64,000 bases of DNA, from NCBI RefSeq assembly GCF_009914755.1, contig NC_060926.1. One strand, 5' to 3'. Every line of letters starts with the position of its first letter. Position 1 is the stretch's first letter. Below the pieces are notes generated by a model. The model was not told the DNA's origin, ran no database searches, and saw only the letters and a program-made list of their open reading frames with translations. Below are positions 41,715 to 56,116 of the stretch, piece after piece. The translations under genes were made by a program, and so were the position numbers. The stretch comes from the human T2T-CHM13v2.0 reference genome, Homo sapiens.

Positions 41715-44135
41715 GAAAGGACATACACACACATAAAAAACTACAGACCAATATCCCAGATTAACATAGATACAAAAATCCTTAACAAAATACTAGCTAC
41801 CCAAATCCAATAGTATATCAAAAAGATAATACATCATGATCAAGTGGGTTTCATACCAAGGATGCAGGGATGGTTTAACATAGCAAGTCAATAAATGTGA
41901 GACGCCACATAAACAGAAAAATAAGAATAACATGATCATTTCAATAAATGCAGAAAAAGCATTTGATAAAATCCAGCATCGCTTTATGATTAAAACCCTC
42001 AGCAAAATCAGCACAAAAGGGACATACCTCAAGGTAATAAATGCCATCTATGAAAAACCCACAGCCAACACCATACTAAAGCAGGGAAGTTGAAAGCATT
42101 CCCCTAAGAACTAGAACAAGACAAGGATGCCCACATTCACCACTTCTCTTCAACATAATACTGGAAGTCCCAGCCAGAGAAATCAGACAAGAGAAAGAAA
42201 GGTCATCCAAACTGGTAAAGAGGAAGTCAAACTTTCATTTTCACCAATGATATGATCATATACCTAGAAAACCCTAAAGAATCATCCAAAAAGCTCCTAG
42301 ATCTGACAATTGAATTCAGTAAAGTTTCAGGATAAAAAATTAATGTACACAAATCAGTAGCACTGCTATATACCAACAATGACCAAGTTGAGAATCAAAT
42401 CAAGAACTCTATCCCTTTTACAACAACTGAAAAAGTAAAGTATGTAGGAATATACTTAACCAAGGGGGTGAAAGATCTCTGCAAGGAAAGCTACAAAATG
42501 CTGCTGAAAGAAATCAGATGACACAAACAAGTGGAAACACATCCCAATGTCTTGGGTGGGTAGAATTTTACGAAAATGACCATATTGTCAAAAGCAATCC
42601 AATTCCCATCAAAATACCATCACCATTCTTCACAGAAGCACAAAAAAATCCCCAAATTCACGTGGAACCCAAAAAGAGCGCACATAGCCAAAGCCAGACT
42701 AAGCAAAAAGAACAAATTGCGGCATCTCAATACCCACCTTCCCACTATACTACAAGGCTATAGTTACCAAAACAGCATGGTACTGATATGAAAATAGGCA
42801 CACAGACCAATGGAACAGAATAGAGAGCCCAAACAAAGAGAGAATGTTTTTCTCTATTTTGTCAACTCATCTTTGACAAAGTAAACAAAAACATGAAGTG
42901 GGGAGAAGACACCCTATTCAAAAAATGGTGCTATTACAATTGGCAAGCCACATGTAGAAGAATGAAACTGGATCCTCATCTCTCACCTTCAAAAATCAAC
43001 TCGAGATGGATCAAATACTTAAATCTAAGGTCTGAGACCATAAAAATTATGGAAGATAACATCAGAAAATTCTTCTAGGCATTGATAGGCAAAGAATTCA
43101 TGACGTGGAACCCAAAAGCAAATGCAACAAAAACAAAAATAAATGAATGGGACTTAATTAAACTAAATAGCTTCTGCACAGCAAAAGAAATAATCAGCAG
43201 AGTAAACAGACAACCCACAGTGGGATAAAATATTCAAAAACTATGCATCCAACAAAGGACTAATATACAGAATCTACAAGGAACTGAGATCAGTAAGAAA
43301 ACAAATAATCCCATCAAAAAGTGGGCAAATGATATGAATAAACAATTCTCAAAAGAAAATATACAAACAGCCAACAAACATATGAAAAAATTCTCAGTGT
43401 CACTAATCATCAGGGAAATGCAAATTAAAACCACAATGAGATACCACCTCACTCTTGCAAGAATGACCATAATTAAAAGTAAAAAAACAGTAGACGTTGG
43501 TGTGGATGTGGTACAAAAGGAACACTTTTACATTGCTGATGGGAATGTAAACTAGTACAACAACTACGGAAAACATTATGGAGATTGCTCAAAGAATTAA
43601 AAGTAGATCTACTAGTTGATCCAGCAATCCCACTACTGGGTATCTACCCAAAGGAAAATAAGTCATTATATATAAAAGACACATGCACACACATGTTTAA
43701 AACAGCACAATTCACAATTGCAAAAATATGGAATGAACTTAAATGTCCATAAAGAAAATGTGGTATACTGCTCAGTATACTGAGTGGAATACTACTCAGC
43801 CATAAAACAGAACAAATAATGGCATTTGGAGCAACTCAAATGGAGCTGGAGACCATTATTCTAAGAGAAGTAACTCAGGAATGAAAAATCAAATATCGTA
43901 TGTCCTCACTTATAAGTGAGAACTAAGCTATGAAAAATGCAAAGGCATAAGAATTATATAGTGGATTTTGGGGACTCAGGGGGAAGGGTGGGAGGGGGCT
44001 GAGGGATAGAAGATTACATATTGTGTACAGTGTACACTGGTCGGGTGATGGGTGCACAAAAATCTGAGAAGTCACAACTAAAGAACTTATCCATGTAACC
44101 AAAAACCACCTGTTCCCCAAAAGCTGTTGAAAGTG
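41715..44135 (+). mobile_element. L1PB (PB2/3-like), 5'-truncated
   Basis: Decayed ORF2 ([19 protein letters not shown]); 3' UTR gggtgatgggtgcac...ctaaagaacttatccatgtaacc. Confidence 0.92.
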
Positions 44136-44787
44136 TTTAAAGGCACATGATCACACACACAAAAGAAAAACAGACGACTCTAGAGTCTCCTTGAAGAAGT
44201 AATATAAGAAGTTCTTCAAAATGGAATATGACTTCTATACATTCTGAAAATATGCACAAAATAAGTATGAGGTTGTAGTGCTTCATATAATCTCACTAGG
44301 AAGAAAAAATTCACTTCGGCAATTTAATGATGGAATGTTATCCATATTTTTCAGGGAAAACCAGGGTTGAAGTGTCCTTTTAGGTATCAGAACTTACTCA
44401 AGGGGAACTTAATCAGGCCATCTAATTGTTTTCCAACTGAGTTCTGTTGAGTGCCAGGGTTTCCAGTGTTAAAAACAGAAGATTTGCAAACCCCTAAAAG
44501 GAGTCCAAATCCATTTAACAGAGGAGATGCGGGAGGCCCAGGAATATGAAACAACCTATCTAGCAATACTCAGCTAGTATTAAACTGGGGGTTAAAATCC
44601 AGATCTCATAATTAAAGATTAGTACCCTATTATATTCAGAAGCTTCAATTTCAAAAGATTTTGGCAAAAAAAGTACACATTTATTTACCAATCAATAAGC
44701 ATTGAGACATTTTCTAAATCATCTTACCTAAGAGTGTCTTCCAGCCCTTGTATATCCCTCACAAGTTGCTGAGATCATATTGACATC

Positions 44788-44898
44788 CAGGGCTACCATG
44801 GATGGCCATACAGGTGTGCACAGCACAACTCTAGGGGGCATTAGTTGTATAAAATATAATTTGAATGGCACCCCCTGCTGTGTGACATGGTAGCCCAA
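44788..44898. mobile_element. MER91B/C-like hAT-Tip100 MITE
   Basis: Inverted ends gggctaccatg (44790) / catggtagccc (44886); gcacaactctaggggg...gaatggcaccccctg. Confidence 0.65.
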
Positions 44899-46918
44899 AT
44901 AACATCCCACCTATTTAAAACTCAGATTACATAAAATGAGTGTTCTGATATTCTCCCCATCCATTCCATGGTGTTTTAATTGTGTTTACAAAAAGCGACT
45001 TTTTTTTTCTGGTGCATTGTTTAGGTTGATTTGCTGACTACAATAAGCCTCCATACAAAATCTGAGAACATCTTGCTAAACAAATGCAGAATGGTTTAGT
45101 TCTTATTATCTTCTTTAGCTGGAGAGTGTATGTAAGTTCTAAGTGTCTGTCACAGATAACAACTTCATATTAACTTTCTAAGATACTCTTAACATCCATC
45201 TCAGTTTCAAAAGACTACAAACCCTGTTACTTTCAGGTATATTTTGCATTTTATTTATTTGTCTCCCAGCAATATTAAGTGACATTACAGTCTGTATGTG
45301 AAAAACTGTCTTTTAAAATAACTATAATATTGCACTTTATAAAAAAATGTAAGTGCATTTTCTTGTAGAAACCATGACTTACAAAAATGACTATTATCTA
45401 TATGCAATTATTTCTGTTATCTTGGAACATATTGACATTCATTTATTTAAAGATAATGTAACACATTTATATTCATTGAAGCAATCTATGGATATAATTA
45501 AATCTGGATGCCCATCTTATGCTAAGTAGTAACATGAAAAAAATTTGCAATCAGAGCTTTGGCACTGCTAAAAATAGCTCATACCAAATTGAGAAAACTG
45601 CATTATGGCTTATTTCAAACACAACTGCAAATTATTATAAGAAAACAAAATTACAACTTGGATAACTGCTATACCAGAACATTCATTCCACCCAACAATG
45701 GGACATTGGAACTAGTCTAACAGGGCAAATGCTTCAATGAGAGCATCACTGACTGTTCGAGTGATTGCCCATTTATCTCCATTATAGTAGATGGATCCAG
45801 AGAGATAACCAAGCAGTGGCCAAAGCATGTTTTTATAGAAAACATAATTGGACATGATGAAATAAGCTTTTAAATATTAACTAAAGAATGTATTTGGTGG
45901 AAGGTTGGAAATATAGCCTAAAGATTTATAACAGAATTTTCTTCTCTTAATGCTCTATTTCATAAGGCAGTTTAATGAATTAGGTAATCATTAATTATCA
46001 GAGATTTATATCTGGGAGCAAAACAAAAAGTGAAGATTAAAATACACCTAAATGCCAAGAAACTTTCATTTTAATATACCCAAACTTATAACACTTTCAT
46101 GCTTTAAGAAAAAATGTTTTGAGAGTGTCACCAGAAATACAATATCACTCATCAAAAACTAGTTAAAAGGAATTTTCTTACAAGTGGCTCTAATTAATGG
46201 TCCTCCTGGAACTCCAGAACAAAGCTGTTTTTATTCCATGCCACCCACAATGTTGTCTTCTCTCAATATTATTGGTCCTTATCTAGAGCACATTAGGGCT
46301 TCCTTGTTGCAAGGTTAATACCAATTATTCTAGGCAGGGTTTCCCATGGCAGGAATAATTAAGTAGCATCACTGGTAGATCAAACAGTTCATTTTCAGAT
46401 GAACTATGAAGTGGCTGGAGAGACTAAATATTACATTTTATTTGCATTATATAGTTTGAAAAGTATTCCATATGCGAGTCTTTCCACATGATACTTTTAC
46501 TCTAGGGTGGCAGCAAAAGGAGAGAAGTTATATTAACATGTGAATTCTATTCTACTTTCACTATCAGAAAACTTGTCAAATCTAAATTTACTTTATTCAC
46601 TAAAGAGAATGACCCAGACTTACCGGAATAAATTTAATTGATATCTAACTCTCCCATCATTTTTCTTTAAAAAGTCAGTATTTTGATTAGAAACTTTTTG
46701 GTAAGAGATACAGAAGTGTTTAAAAATCAAGGTTTATATATAGTAATTTATTTAATTCCTTTTTAAAAATTATAGACATTTGATTCAGAGCATTAAAAAT
46801 GAAACGCACCAACTCCAGCCTAGCTTCTGCACATACATCAGAGTATCTCTGGGGAGGCTGTAGGATCAAAGTGAGATCTGATCAACCCTCCTGCACCTGG
46901 CTATTTAATAGAAGCTCT

Positions 46919-47435
46919 ATGTGGCAGATAATGTGAATTGGTATTATCTGTTTGCATTTCTTCCCCCCTTCTGGCTGGACATGCGGAAACTATACTTTGC
47001 ACCTTATCTTGGACCTATGTTCTTAGTGTAAAGTAGGATGTATGAGATTTGGAAGGTGAAAGGAACACAGGGGTCCTCTGCTTCCCCTTCACCTCTCTTC
47101 TGCTAAGAAACAGAGTCCTGGACATTTCTGACTTTCCTGTCCAGGTCTCTAGTGTCCATTTTCCATCCTAGGAGATTGGAGGCTATTGCAACAGCAATGG
47201 ATACTGTCATTTCTGGCTTCGTATCCCTGGATCACAGCTATAGGGTATGCCTTGAAATCAGAGTACTAGTGGAGGTCTTGGAGATGGTAGCTCTCCTAAG
47301 GAATTAGTTCTATCTTGTTCTGGGAGTCATTCTGGAAATCTAGTGTCTACTTTTTGCTAACATATAATTTCCTATATTAAATCATTTCCTGCTTAAAATT
47401 ATGCTTCATTTTCTCACTGGAATCATTGATGTACC
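46919..47435 (+). mobile_element. Old ERVL LTR (LTR41/LTR33-like)
   Basis: tgtggcagat start, tgagatttggaaggtgaaag, ttctgggagtcattc, ttaaatcatttcctgcttaaa. Confidence 0.55.
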
Positions 47436-47776
47436 CTGCCTGTCCTCTAAAACAAAAAGCAAAGTCACTTCAGAGAGGACTCAGCTGGTGGCAAGCTTGC
47501 TCTTTCATAAAGAGGCTTTACATTAATATACATTTACTTATTACTGTAGATTTATAATACACATATCTATATATACACATAAGTCTACATATTTATAAAT
47601 ATATACATTATAAATGTTTATATACGTCCCTTCCACTAATATATGTTAGAAGAGGTGATTATGCAAGGAAAACTTTTCTTGATTGTCTCAAGAAAGAAGA
47701 AAGGAAATAAGAATTTATCCGGTAAGAAAGAAGCCATAGTAAGTATTTAATTTACAAAATGCTAAAGTATTTCTAG

Positions 47777-48269
47777 TCTATGAGGCAGTTCTCACATTGC
47801 TATAAGGAAATACCTGAGACTGGGTCATTCATCAAGAAAAGCATTTTAATTTTTAAATTTTAAATATTTAAAAACCTTTAAAAATGTTCCCTGCTGTTCA
47901 GGAAGCACGATGCTGGCATCTGCTCAGCTTCTGGGGAAGCATCAGGAAACTCACAATCATGGCAGAGGGCAAAGGGGCAGGCATATCACATGGCCAGAGC
48001 AGGAGCAAGTGAGTGAGAGAAAGCGAGAATGAAAGAGAGCAAGCAGTCGACGGAGTGAGCTACAGTAAGAGGGGAAGTGCCAAACTTTTAAACAACCAGA
48101 TCTCGTGAGAACTCACTATCATGAGATCATCATCTAGGGGATGGTGCCAAACCTTTCCTGAGAAACCCACTCCCATGATCCAATCACCTCCCACCAGGCC
48201 CCACCTCCAACCTTGGGGATTACAATTCAATATGAGATTTAGGCAAGAATACGTATCCAAACTATATCA
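47777..48269 (-). mobile_element. MSTA solo LTR
   Basis: cattgctataaggaaatacctgagactggg...aaacaaccagatctcgtgagaactcac...ccaaactatatca. Confidence 0.9.
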
Positions 48270-50049
48270 ACTACTTACAGCCTGCTTTAACTTTTCTTAA
48301 GAGTTATAAACATTTATGTCTATGTTAATACACATATATTTTCACAGCTATAATTAAAAGCGAAGGTAAGACATTCAAATTCATCAAAACTGAGTCTAGT
48401 GACTTGACCAAAAGCACACAGTCAGACTGGAGCTCAGCCTTCTACTCTCACCTTTGAGTTCTGCCACTGACCCAGGAAAGGTAGGCCTCAGTTCACAGGC
48501 CAGCCCTGGCCTCTGCTGTTGTCATATCTGATCTTGGAATCTGTACCCAATGGTCACATCAACATGAATGACCACATTTTCCACATCCTTCAACCAACAA
48601 AAATAAAAAATTTTAAAAATTACAACTATGTAGTTGGGATTTTATTACTGAAGATCCATCTCAGTTTCTGTCTGTTTGAATTTCTATCTGTGTTGCTCTA
48701 TTTCAGTTTGTCTGTTCTTTGTATCTGTCTACTTCTGTTGCTTTTTTGCTACTCTTCCCCATGGCAAGAAATTATTTTTCTTTCTCCCTTTCACTTCATT
48801 TCAATTCATTAAATAGCTGTTCTATAAAATTGAAATTTATATTTCTTATAGTACATATTGATGTTTTAGTCTCTAAAAATAAAAGATTAGAAAGTTTTAT
48901 AATTTTCTTTAAAATCATTGATTTATTTTCTTTACAACAGTTAACTCTTGATAAAGAAAAATCTTGCATGATTTCTCAAACCTACTGCCTGCAAATAAAA
49001 TGTAATATTCATATTGTAACCTGACCTCCATTTGGAATCACTTCTAACTTTGAAGGTTTTTTTTTTTTAATTCTCATATCCAGGGTATAAAAAATATATT
49101 CAATTTTGGCAGCAGAATTTCTTAATTTTTTCCTTTACTTTGTATTTTTATAGTATTTTAAAGAGAAATAAGCTAGATTATTAAAGTGTAAATTTACAAA
49201 TAAATATCAACATAAGATCCCAGTTTCTCAAAAAGCCATAAAAGTAATTCACACACATCAACATAAAATTAAAACTTTTTAGGGCAACATTTGTGTTATT
49301 TGAAATGGATGTTTTTCCTCCTGTAAGGAAAAATGTACTCATGAATAAATTTCATCCACATTACCATGGCTTTGTTTGCAACCCAGCCAATTTAATAAAA
49401 AATAGACAATAGGAAACAAAATCAGAAAATGTTTTGTAGAAAGAACAGTGGCTGCTTTAACAATTCTAGCCTTATCTCTTCCTAGAGTCCATCGAAGGCT
49501 TCAGTTCACCTTTTATTGCTCCATAATTACTTTGATGTGCTGGGTTTTGTGAAATTAAGCATTTTTAAATACCCATGCCCTATTTGCCCTATTTCTTTCA
49601 GTTTAATTTCAGCCTATATTGATAGCATTCTGTCTTCTCTTCTATCATGCAACATTTGCTATGGAACATGCTCAGATTCAACCCAAGAAACTTAATTGCC
49701 AGCCAATGTAACTGCACCTGAACCTCATCAGTGAAAGAGCACTTTGTAGCAAAAAGAGCCCCAGACTAGTTGTCTAGATACACTGGTCAAGTTTTTATTC
49801 CAAATGACCTTGAGCATCTATGTCAATTCTCTGGTTCTGACTTTCTTCACCTGGAACAGAAAGATCCTGGCTTAAAGTATACAGGATTCCTTCCAGCAAA
49901 ACAGTCAATTATTCCAGGATGTATTTTCCAAATGTCAGATATAATCTATTAACCAAAGTCACATGCTCTGTGAAGGTGAAAGTAGCTTTTTGAACAAATA
50001 TAGCCCAAACAAGCCAGCATTTACAGAAGAAATATACTGTATTTGATAT

Positions 50050-50400
50050 CATGATATAATTAGAAGTCCCTACCCTTGGGGAGGGTAAGTCAAATTAAGA
50101 TTACAAGGCATTAAGTTCATAAAGCAAGTATCCAAAAGACAAATTCACAAGCGCTGATCACAAGAGACAAAATGGAATGAAACAGAGCCAAGGAAAAGCA
50201 CAAAATGCCAGGAGGAGATAATCAAAAAAGATTTCCTAGAGATGTCTGAGTTCCGAATGAATCATTAGAAATAAGATTTACACACTAGGAAAGGGAAGTC
50301 AAGTGTCTGGGGATAAGAATCCGTGAAGGGACAGAGGCATGGGCAAATATTTAAAGTACAAGGACAACAGTCAGAGGTAATTTGTTATGTACAAGAGTTT
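50050..50400 (-). mobile_element. L2 fragment
   Basis: Purine-rich antisense L2-like (aaagatttcctagag...gaagggacagaggcatg). Confidence 0.45.
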
Positions 50401-51292
50401 CCTAAAATACAGAAATGCACCCTTTAGCATATGTGAGGCAAAGGAAATGTACTCCTTTCAAGTTTATTTATGCTAAGATCACATCAGGAGAGATTGTCTG
50501 CAGTGCCACACAGCTCTCAGGTTCACAGGCTGAGTCTAGTCAATGTTCACACCCCTGTGATCTCAGTCTTTGTGATACAAAAATTCCCCAACACTACCCC
50601 AAAACTCACTTGGAGGTGATAATTAGACAGCATATTGTTGTGCCCCCAATTACTCTTTACTTAATTCTCATGTGAGTTTTCTCATAATATTACCATGAAA
50701 AGGGATCCCTAACCAAATGATTGGGAGTGACATCAACAAAAATCACCCTCACCGAACCCTGTCCATTCCTATCACTGTTCTCACTTGACTTCCCTAACTT
50801 TGCAGTTGTAAGAAAACCACCCTCTGAAGATTTTCAGATCTCCTTTTCCTATTTTCTCAAATGACTTCATTGGGTTTATTAAATTAATTCATTATTTCTA
50901 CTTTACAAACCTAAAACATTTTCCTCTTTAATGAAATATACCACTTTTGGTAGTACTATCCAATAAGGAGATTAGTTCATTATAGAAGACTACAGAGAAT
51001 CAGAAATTTTTATTGTGGCTTTATAAAATCCATGACACATCCATGATGAAATTTGCACTTGAGGAAAATTTTATTAGCAATTAGATATCATAGATAGGCA
51101 TGATAAATGAACTGACGTTAGAGGCAAGTGAAAAGCTGGATGACTATTCCAGTCTTCCCAATATAAAAAAAGATCAACCTAGGCTAAAATAATGGCATGG
51201 AAATAACAGAAGAGCATAAATCCAAGATATGTATTAATACATAAATAAGTGTTAAAACCACTTAATAACACACTAAATTGGAGTTAGGAGTA

Positions 51293-53618
51293 CATACATA
51301 AATCAGAAATATTGCAGGTTCAGTTCCAGACCACTGCAATAAAGTGAGTCACACACATTTTTTGTTTTCCCAATGCATAAAAAGTTATGTTTACACTATC
51401 TTGTAGTCTATTAAATATATAATAGCATGTCTAAAAAGATAATGTAAATACATTAATTTTAAAATACTTTATGCTAAAAAAATGCTAACAATCATTTGAG
51501 CCGTCAGTGAGTTGTAATCATTTTGTGGGTGGGAGGGTCTCACCTCAGTGTTGAGGACTGCTGACTGATCAGGGTGGCCGTGGCTGTGGTAGCTTCCTAA
51601 AACAAGACAACAATGAAGTACCCTGCATCAGTTGACTCTTCCTCCCATGAAAGATTTCCCTGTAGCATGTGTTGCTGTTTGATAGCATTTTACCAACAGT
51701 AAAACTTATTTCAAAATTATAATCAATCCTCTCAAACCCTGCTGCTTTAACTAAGTTTATACAATATTTTAAATCCTTTATTATTTCAACTATGTTCACA
51801 GCATCTTCACCAGGAATAGTTTCGGTGTCAAGAAACCACTTTCTTTGCTCGTTCATAAGCAATTCCTCATCTGTTCAAGTTTTAGCATGAGATTGCAGCA
51901 ATTCAGTCACGTTTTCAGACTCCATTTCTAATTCTAGTCCTCTTTCCACATTTGCAGTTACTTCCTGCCACATCTGCAGTTCCTTTCTCCACTGTAGTCT
52001 TGAACCCTTGAAAGTTATCCATGAAGGTTCAAATGGACTTCTTTTAAGCTCCCGTTAATGTTGATATTTTAACCTCCTCCCATCAATCACAAATGTTTTT
52101 AATGACATTTAGGATGATGAATCCATTCCAGAAGGTTTTCAATGTCCTTTGCCCAGATTCAGAGAAATCGCTGTCAATATCAGCTATAGCTTTACAAAAT
52201 ATATTTCTTAAATAACAAGAGTTGAAAGTCAAGATTACTCCTTGATCCATGGGATATAGACTACAGATTGTATTAGGAGGCACGAAAACAACATGAATCT
52301 CCCTTGTGTACTTCTCCATCGGAGCTCCTGGGAACTAGCTGCATTGCCAGTGGGCAGTAATATTTTGAATGGAATATTTTTCTGAGCAGTAGGTCTTAAC
52401 AGTGGGCTTAAAATATTCAGTAAATCATGCTACAGAAAGATGTGCTGTCATTCAGGCTTTGTTGTTCCATTTCTAAAGGACAGGCAAAGTAGATTTAGAA
52501 TCATCATTAAGAGCCCTAGGATTTTCAGAATAAGTGAACATTGACATCAACTTAAAAGTCACCAGCAGCATTAGCCTCTAACAAGAGAGTCAGCCTGTCC
52601 TTTGAAGCTTTGGAACCAAGCACTGACTTCCTCTCTAGGTATGAAAGTCTTTTCCAATATGAGGCTGTTTCTTTTCCATTGAACATCTTTCATTTGGTGT
52701 AATCACCTTCATCAATTGGCTACATCTTCTGCATAACTTGCTGCAGCTTCTATATGAGCACTTGCTGCTTCACCTTGCCCTTTTATGTTACAGAGGCAGT
52801 TTCTTCCTTAAACCTCATGAACCAACCTCTGATATCTTCAAATTTTTCTTCTGAAGCTTCTTCACCTCTCTGTCTTCACAGAATTGAGGAGAGTTAGGGC
52901 TTTACTCTGGATAAAGCTTTGGCTTGAGATAGTGAGTTTCATCTTCTATTCAGATCACTAAAAGTTTTTCCCTGTCAACAATAGGCTGTTTTACTTTCTT
53001 ATATTTGTCTGCACTGGAATAACACTTTTAACTTCCTTCATGAACTTTTCCTTTGCATCATTCTTGACTTTGCTAACTGTTTGGTACATGAGGCCTTGCT
53101 CTCTATCTCAACTTTTGACCTGCCTTTCTCACTAAGCTTAGTCATTTCTAGCTTTTGATTTAAAGAAATGCGAGACACTTCTTACTTGAACACTAAGAGG
53201 TTATTAATTAATTGTCCTAATTTCTATATTGTTGTGTCTCAGGGAATAGGGAGGGCTGAGGAATGTGGAGAGAAAAGGGGTAACAACGGCCAGCCAGTGA
53301 AACAGTCAGAAGACACAAAACATTTATCCATTAAATTAATTGTCTATATGAGTGTGGTTTGTGGCACCATAGAAAAATTACAATAGTAACATTAAAAATC
53401 TCAGATCATCATAACAGATATAATGAAAAATATAGAAATATTGCAAGAATTTCCAAAATGTGATACAGAGATACAAAGTGCATATATGCAGTTGGAAAAA
53501 TAGCAGCAATGAACTTGCTCGATACAGGGTTAACACAAACCTTCGATTTGTTTTAAAAAATGCAGTATCTGCAAAATGCAATAAACTGAATGAAATGCAA
53601 TAAAATGAAGTCTTCCTA
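51293..53618 (-). mobile_element. Tigger1 (TcMar/pogo) DNA transposon, near full length, inserted in an L2
   Basis: Both termini recognisable, TA at 51291-51292 and 53619-53620; transposase remnants incl. [20 protein letters not shown] (DDE_1-type) and [13 protein letters not shown]. Confidence 0.95.
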
Positions 53619-53724
53619 TAATAGAGATATAGGTAATAACATTAGAGGACTAGGAGAATGGTCAAGTCTTACAAGGCAATGGAAAAATGGTGAGGGAGCC
53701 AGATTGGAGATAAGTAGGGTTGCA

Positions 53725-53990
53725 ACATTCATCCATTAGTCCTAAATCTTCAGAACTTACTGATGGCCAGGCACTGCACTGGTTCCTAGGAGGACCATAG
53801 TTGCTAAGACAAACCTTTTCTCTTTGTGTAGCCTACAAACTATCAACATATGATTGTCAGTAATCAATTTGTGTTTAAAGTACTGCATTAGGGAATTTCA
53901 GGCTATACTAGGACAGGAGACCCAATCTAGTTCTAATATCTAAGACAAGACCTGAAGGGAAAAGACGAAAAAGAATTGGGAAAAAGCAAT
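53725..53990 (-). mobile_element. L2 3' end
   Basis: cattcatccatt...gccaggcactgcactgg...ctaagacaagacctgaagg. Confidence 0.6.
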
Positions 53991-54109
53991 GCATTCAAAT
54001 GCAATCTGTTTTCAGCGTACTTCATTTGAGGTAATCATGAGAATTCTGTTATTTTCTAGAAATTCTATGCCAGATCCGTCACATATGCAATGCAAAATGT
54101 ATAGCAGCT

Positions 54110-54237
54110 CTAAGGTAATTATTACTCCATTTTCTAAATCCAGAAACTGCAAATCTAACACATTAAATTAACCATGGTGGCAAGGCAGGTAAGTCCTAAA
54201 TTTGGAATTCGCCCCAGTCCGCCTGCCTCAAAGACCT
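54110..54237 (-). mobile_element. MIR SINE
   Basis: aggtaattattactccattttcta...gaaactg. Confidence 0.5.
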
Positions 54238-54249
54238 TAGTCTCAGTAC

Positions 54250-54410
54250 ATTAGGTTAGGAGTTTCTTCTTTATTCTGAAGGAATCTACCATACTCACAT
54301 CCTTTGGCACTAGCTCCACACTGAATAAATCCAGTCCTTCTGCCTTGACAGCCCTTAAAGTATTTAAAGGCACAGTTATGTTTGCCAACACAGCTTTTAA
54401 TCTTGCACCA
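54250..54410 (-). mobile_element. L3/CR1 LINE 3' fragment
   Basis: Reverse complement tttaaatactttaagggctgtcaagg...ggatttattcagtgtgg (FKYFKGC) resembles CR1/L3 ORF2 end. Confidence 0.6.
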
Positions 54411-55508
54411 TATTGTAAGGATATGTATGTTTGCATATTCCAATCACAAGAAAATGACCTTAATCACCACCTTCTGCCTTGTTTTTTCTTAAGGTTGTAA
54501 CATCATATTCTATTGAGACATGGCCTTTTGTTAAGAACCTCATATATATATATCAGCATTCTGCCCCCTGCTCTTGTGTACACCAGATTCCCTTTCAGTC
54601 GTCTTCAACCTGCATTTTAAAAAATCTCTGATTTCCCTTATTACCATCCTAGTGCTTTCTGACATTGGTTATCAATGAGCATTTGGGACAATGTTCTCTA
54701 CCATTTGGCCCTCTCTATCTCTTGTCTCTATTACCTGACATTTTTAATTCTCCCACTTGCTTTGCAAAGCTTCCCTAATTGCTGTCTCTCTTACTCATTA
54801 GCTATCTCAAGGTTCTGCCCCCTTAAGTTAAACTGCTAGAGAGTATGTCGAATTTTCTGTGCCAGAGCTAATATGTTTATTTCAGTCAACTAATAGCCAA
54901 GTTCTAATTATAATCCACAAGTAAAATGTGAAATAAAGTTTGAGTTGGAAAACACCAGGTGAATTTGTACTGAAGAAAACATCTGTTTAAGATGTGGAAC
55001 TCATAAACGGAAAAAGGAATCACTTTCTACATTTATTTTAAAAATGTATATTCAACACTTTTTCTATGCCTATGAGATCTGAGGATCATTGATTTGAAAT
55101 AATAAAGCATATACAAAGCTCTTTGGGGATTTTAAACTTCATCAAATGCCTCTACGACAAGTATTAATAGGTGTTTTATGATTTCTAAACATTGATTTCA
55201 TAATCACATTCAGCTTACAAAGTCAGAGGCCTATTTGTCCCACTGTAAATTAAATCCCATTAATGTTAATGGTAAAACAAAATGAGCCTCATCGTATTTG
55301 GGGATGGGAGTGTAAAATACTCAGACTGAAAGAAGATGTCTTAATTGTTCTACTGCCTTTAAACTGGCAAAATCTACTGGATGACTACACCACTTAAAAT
55401 TCCTCTACATTATTTTCAATATCACCAGTAACATTTTTTCTTATTAGAGTCTCCATTAATCAATGCTGACTATACACCATAAAATTTATGGGAAGCCAAA
55501 GCTTCTAT

Positions 55509-55511
<3 letters not shown>

Positions 55512-55552
<41 letters not shown>
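55512..55552. repeat. (CA)20 microsatellite
   Basis: Perfect repeat. Confidence 0.97.
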
Positions 55553-55554
<2 letters not shown>

Positions 55555-56116
55555 TATACCACTTCTGAGGAGAGGAAGTTCTGATATTAGGAAATACACA
55601 GGACAAAAGTGGCCATAATACCCCACCTATAGTTTTTAATAGAAGAGAAGACCAGAGGCAAGAGAATGCGTAGGCACTTGAAATTCAACAACTGAGAGAT
55701 CCCTTTTGAATCCATTTCTTCTGATTTGTGTCTCCACTGGCACTCTTGAGCCTTTTCTTCTAGATTTTTTTTTCTCATATATGTGGTGTAATAAGATAGG
55801 CCTAAGGTAAGGCTCCCCGCCCCTGGGAGACCAGGGTGAGTACAGGAGGGTCTATTTTGTTTCTATTTGAAAGTTTTTACCTTGTCACATGAAGAGATGC
55901 TTCTTCCTTTTCAGAAGTATCAGGGCGAGAGCTTCAAACCTTTCCACTCTGCTCAGTCTCCCTCAAAAGAAGAGTATGTCTTATCAAATTGCACAGTGAG
56001 AGAAGAGTTGCCTCCCACACATAGCCAGGGCTCTCTTCTCGCCTTTTGAGCCATGGAAAGTTTGAGTGCTTTTCTTATTCTTGATCTTCTGTGGGAAGCA
56101 CACCTGAGTCTACAGC

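Noticed and set aside
54243-54443. ORFs with a GAT|GTGAGT donor
   Set aside because: Explained by an L3/CR1 fragment
55810-55845. GC box ccccgcccc followed by a GG|GTGAGT donor as a promoter/first exon
   Set aside because: Single motif, no CpG island or other support
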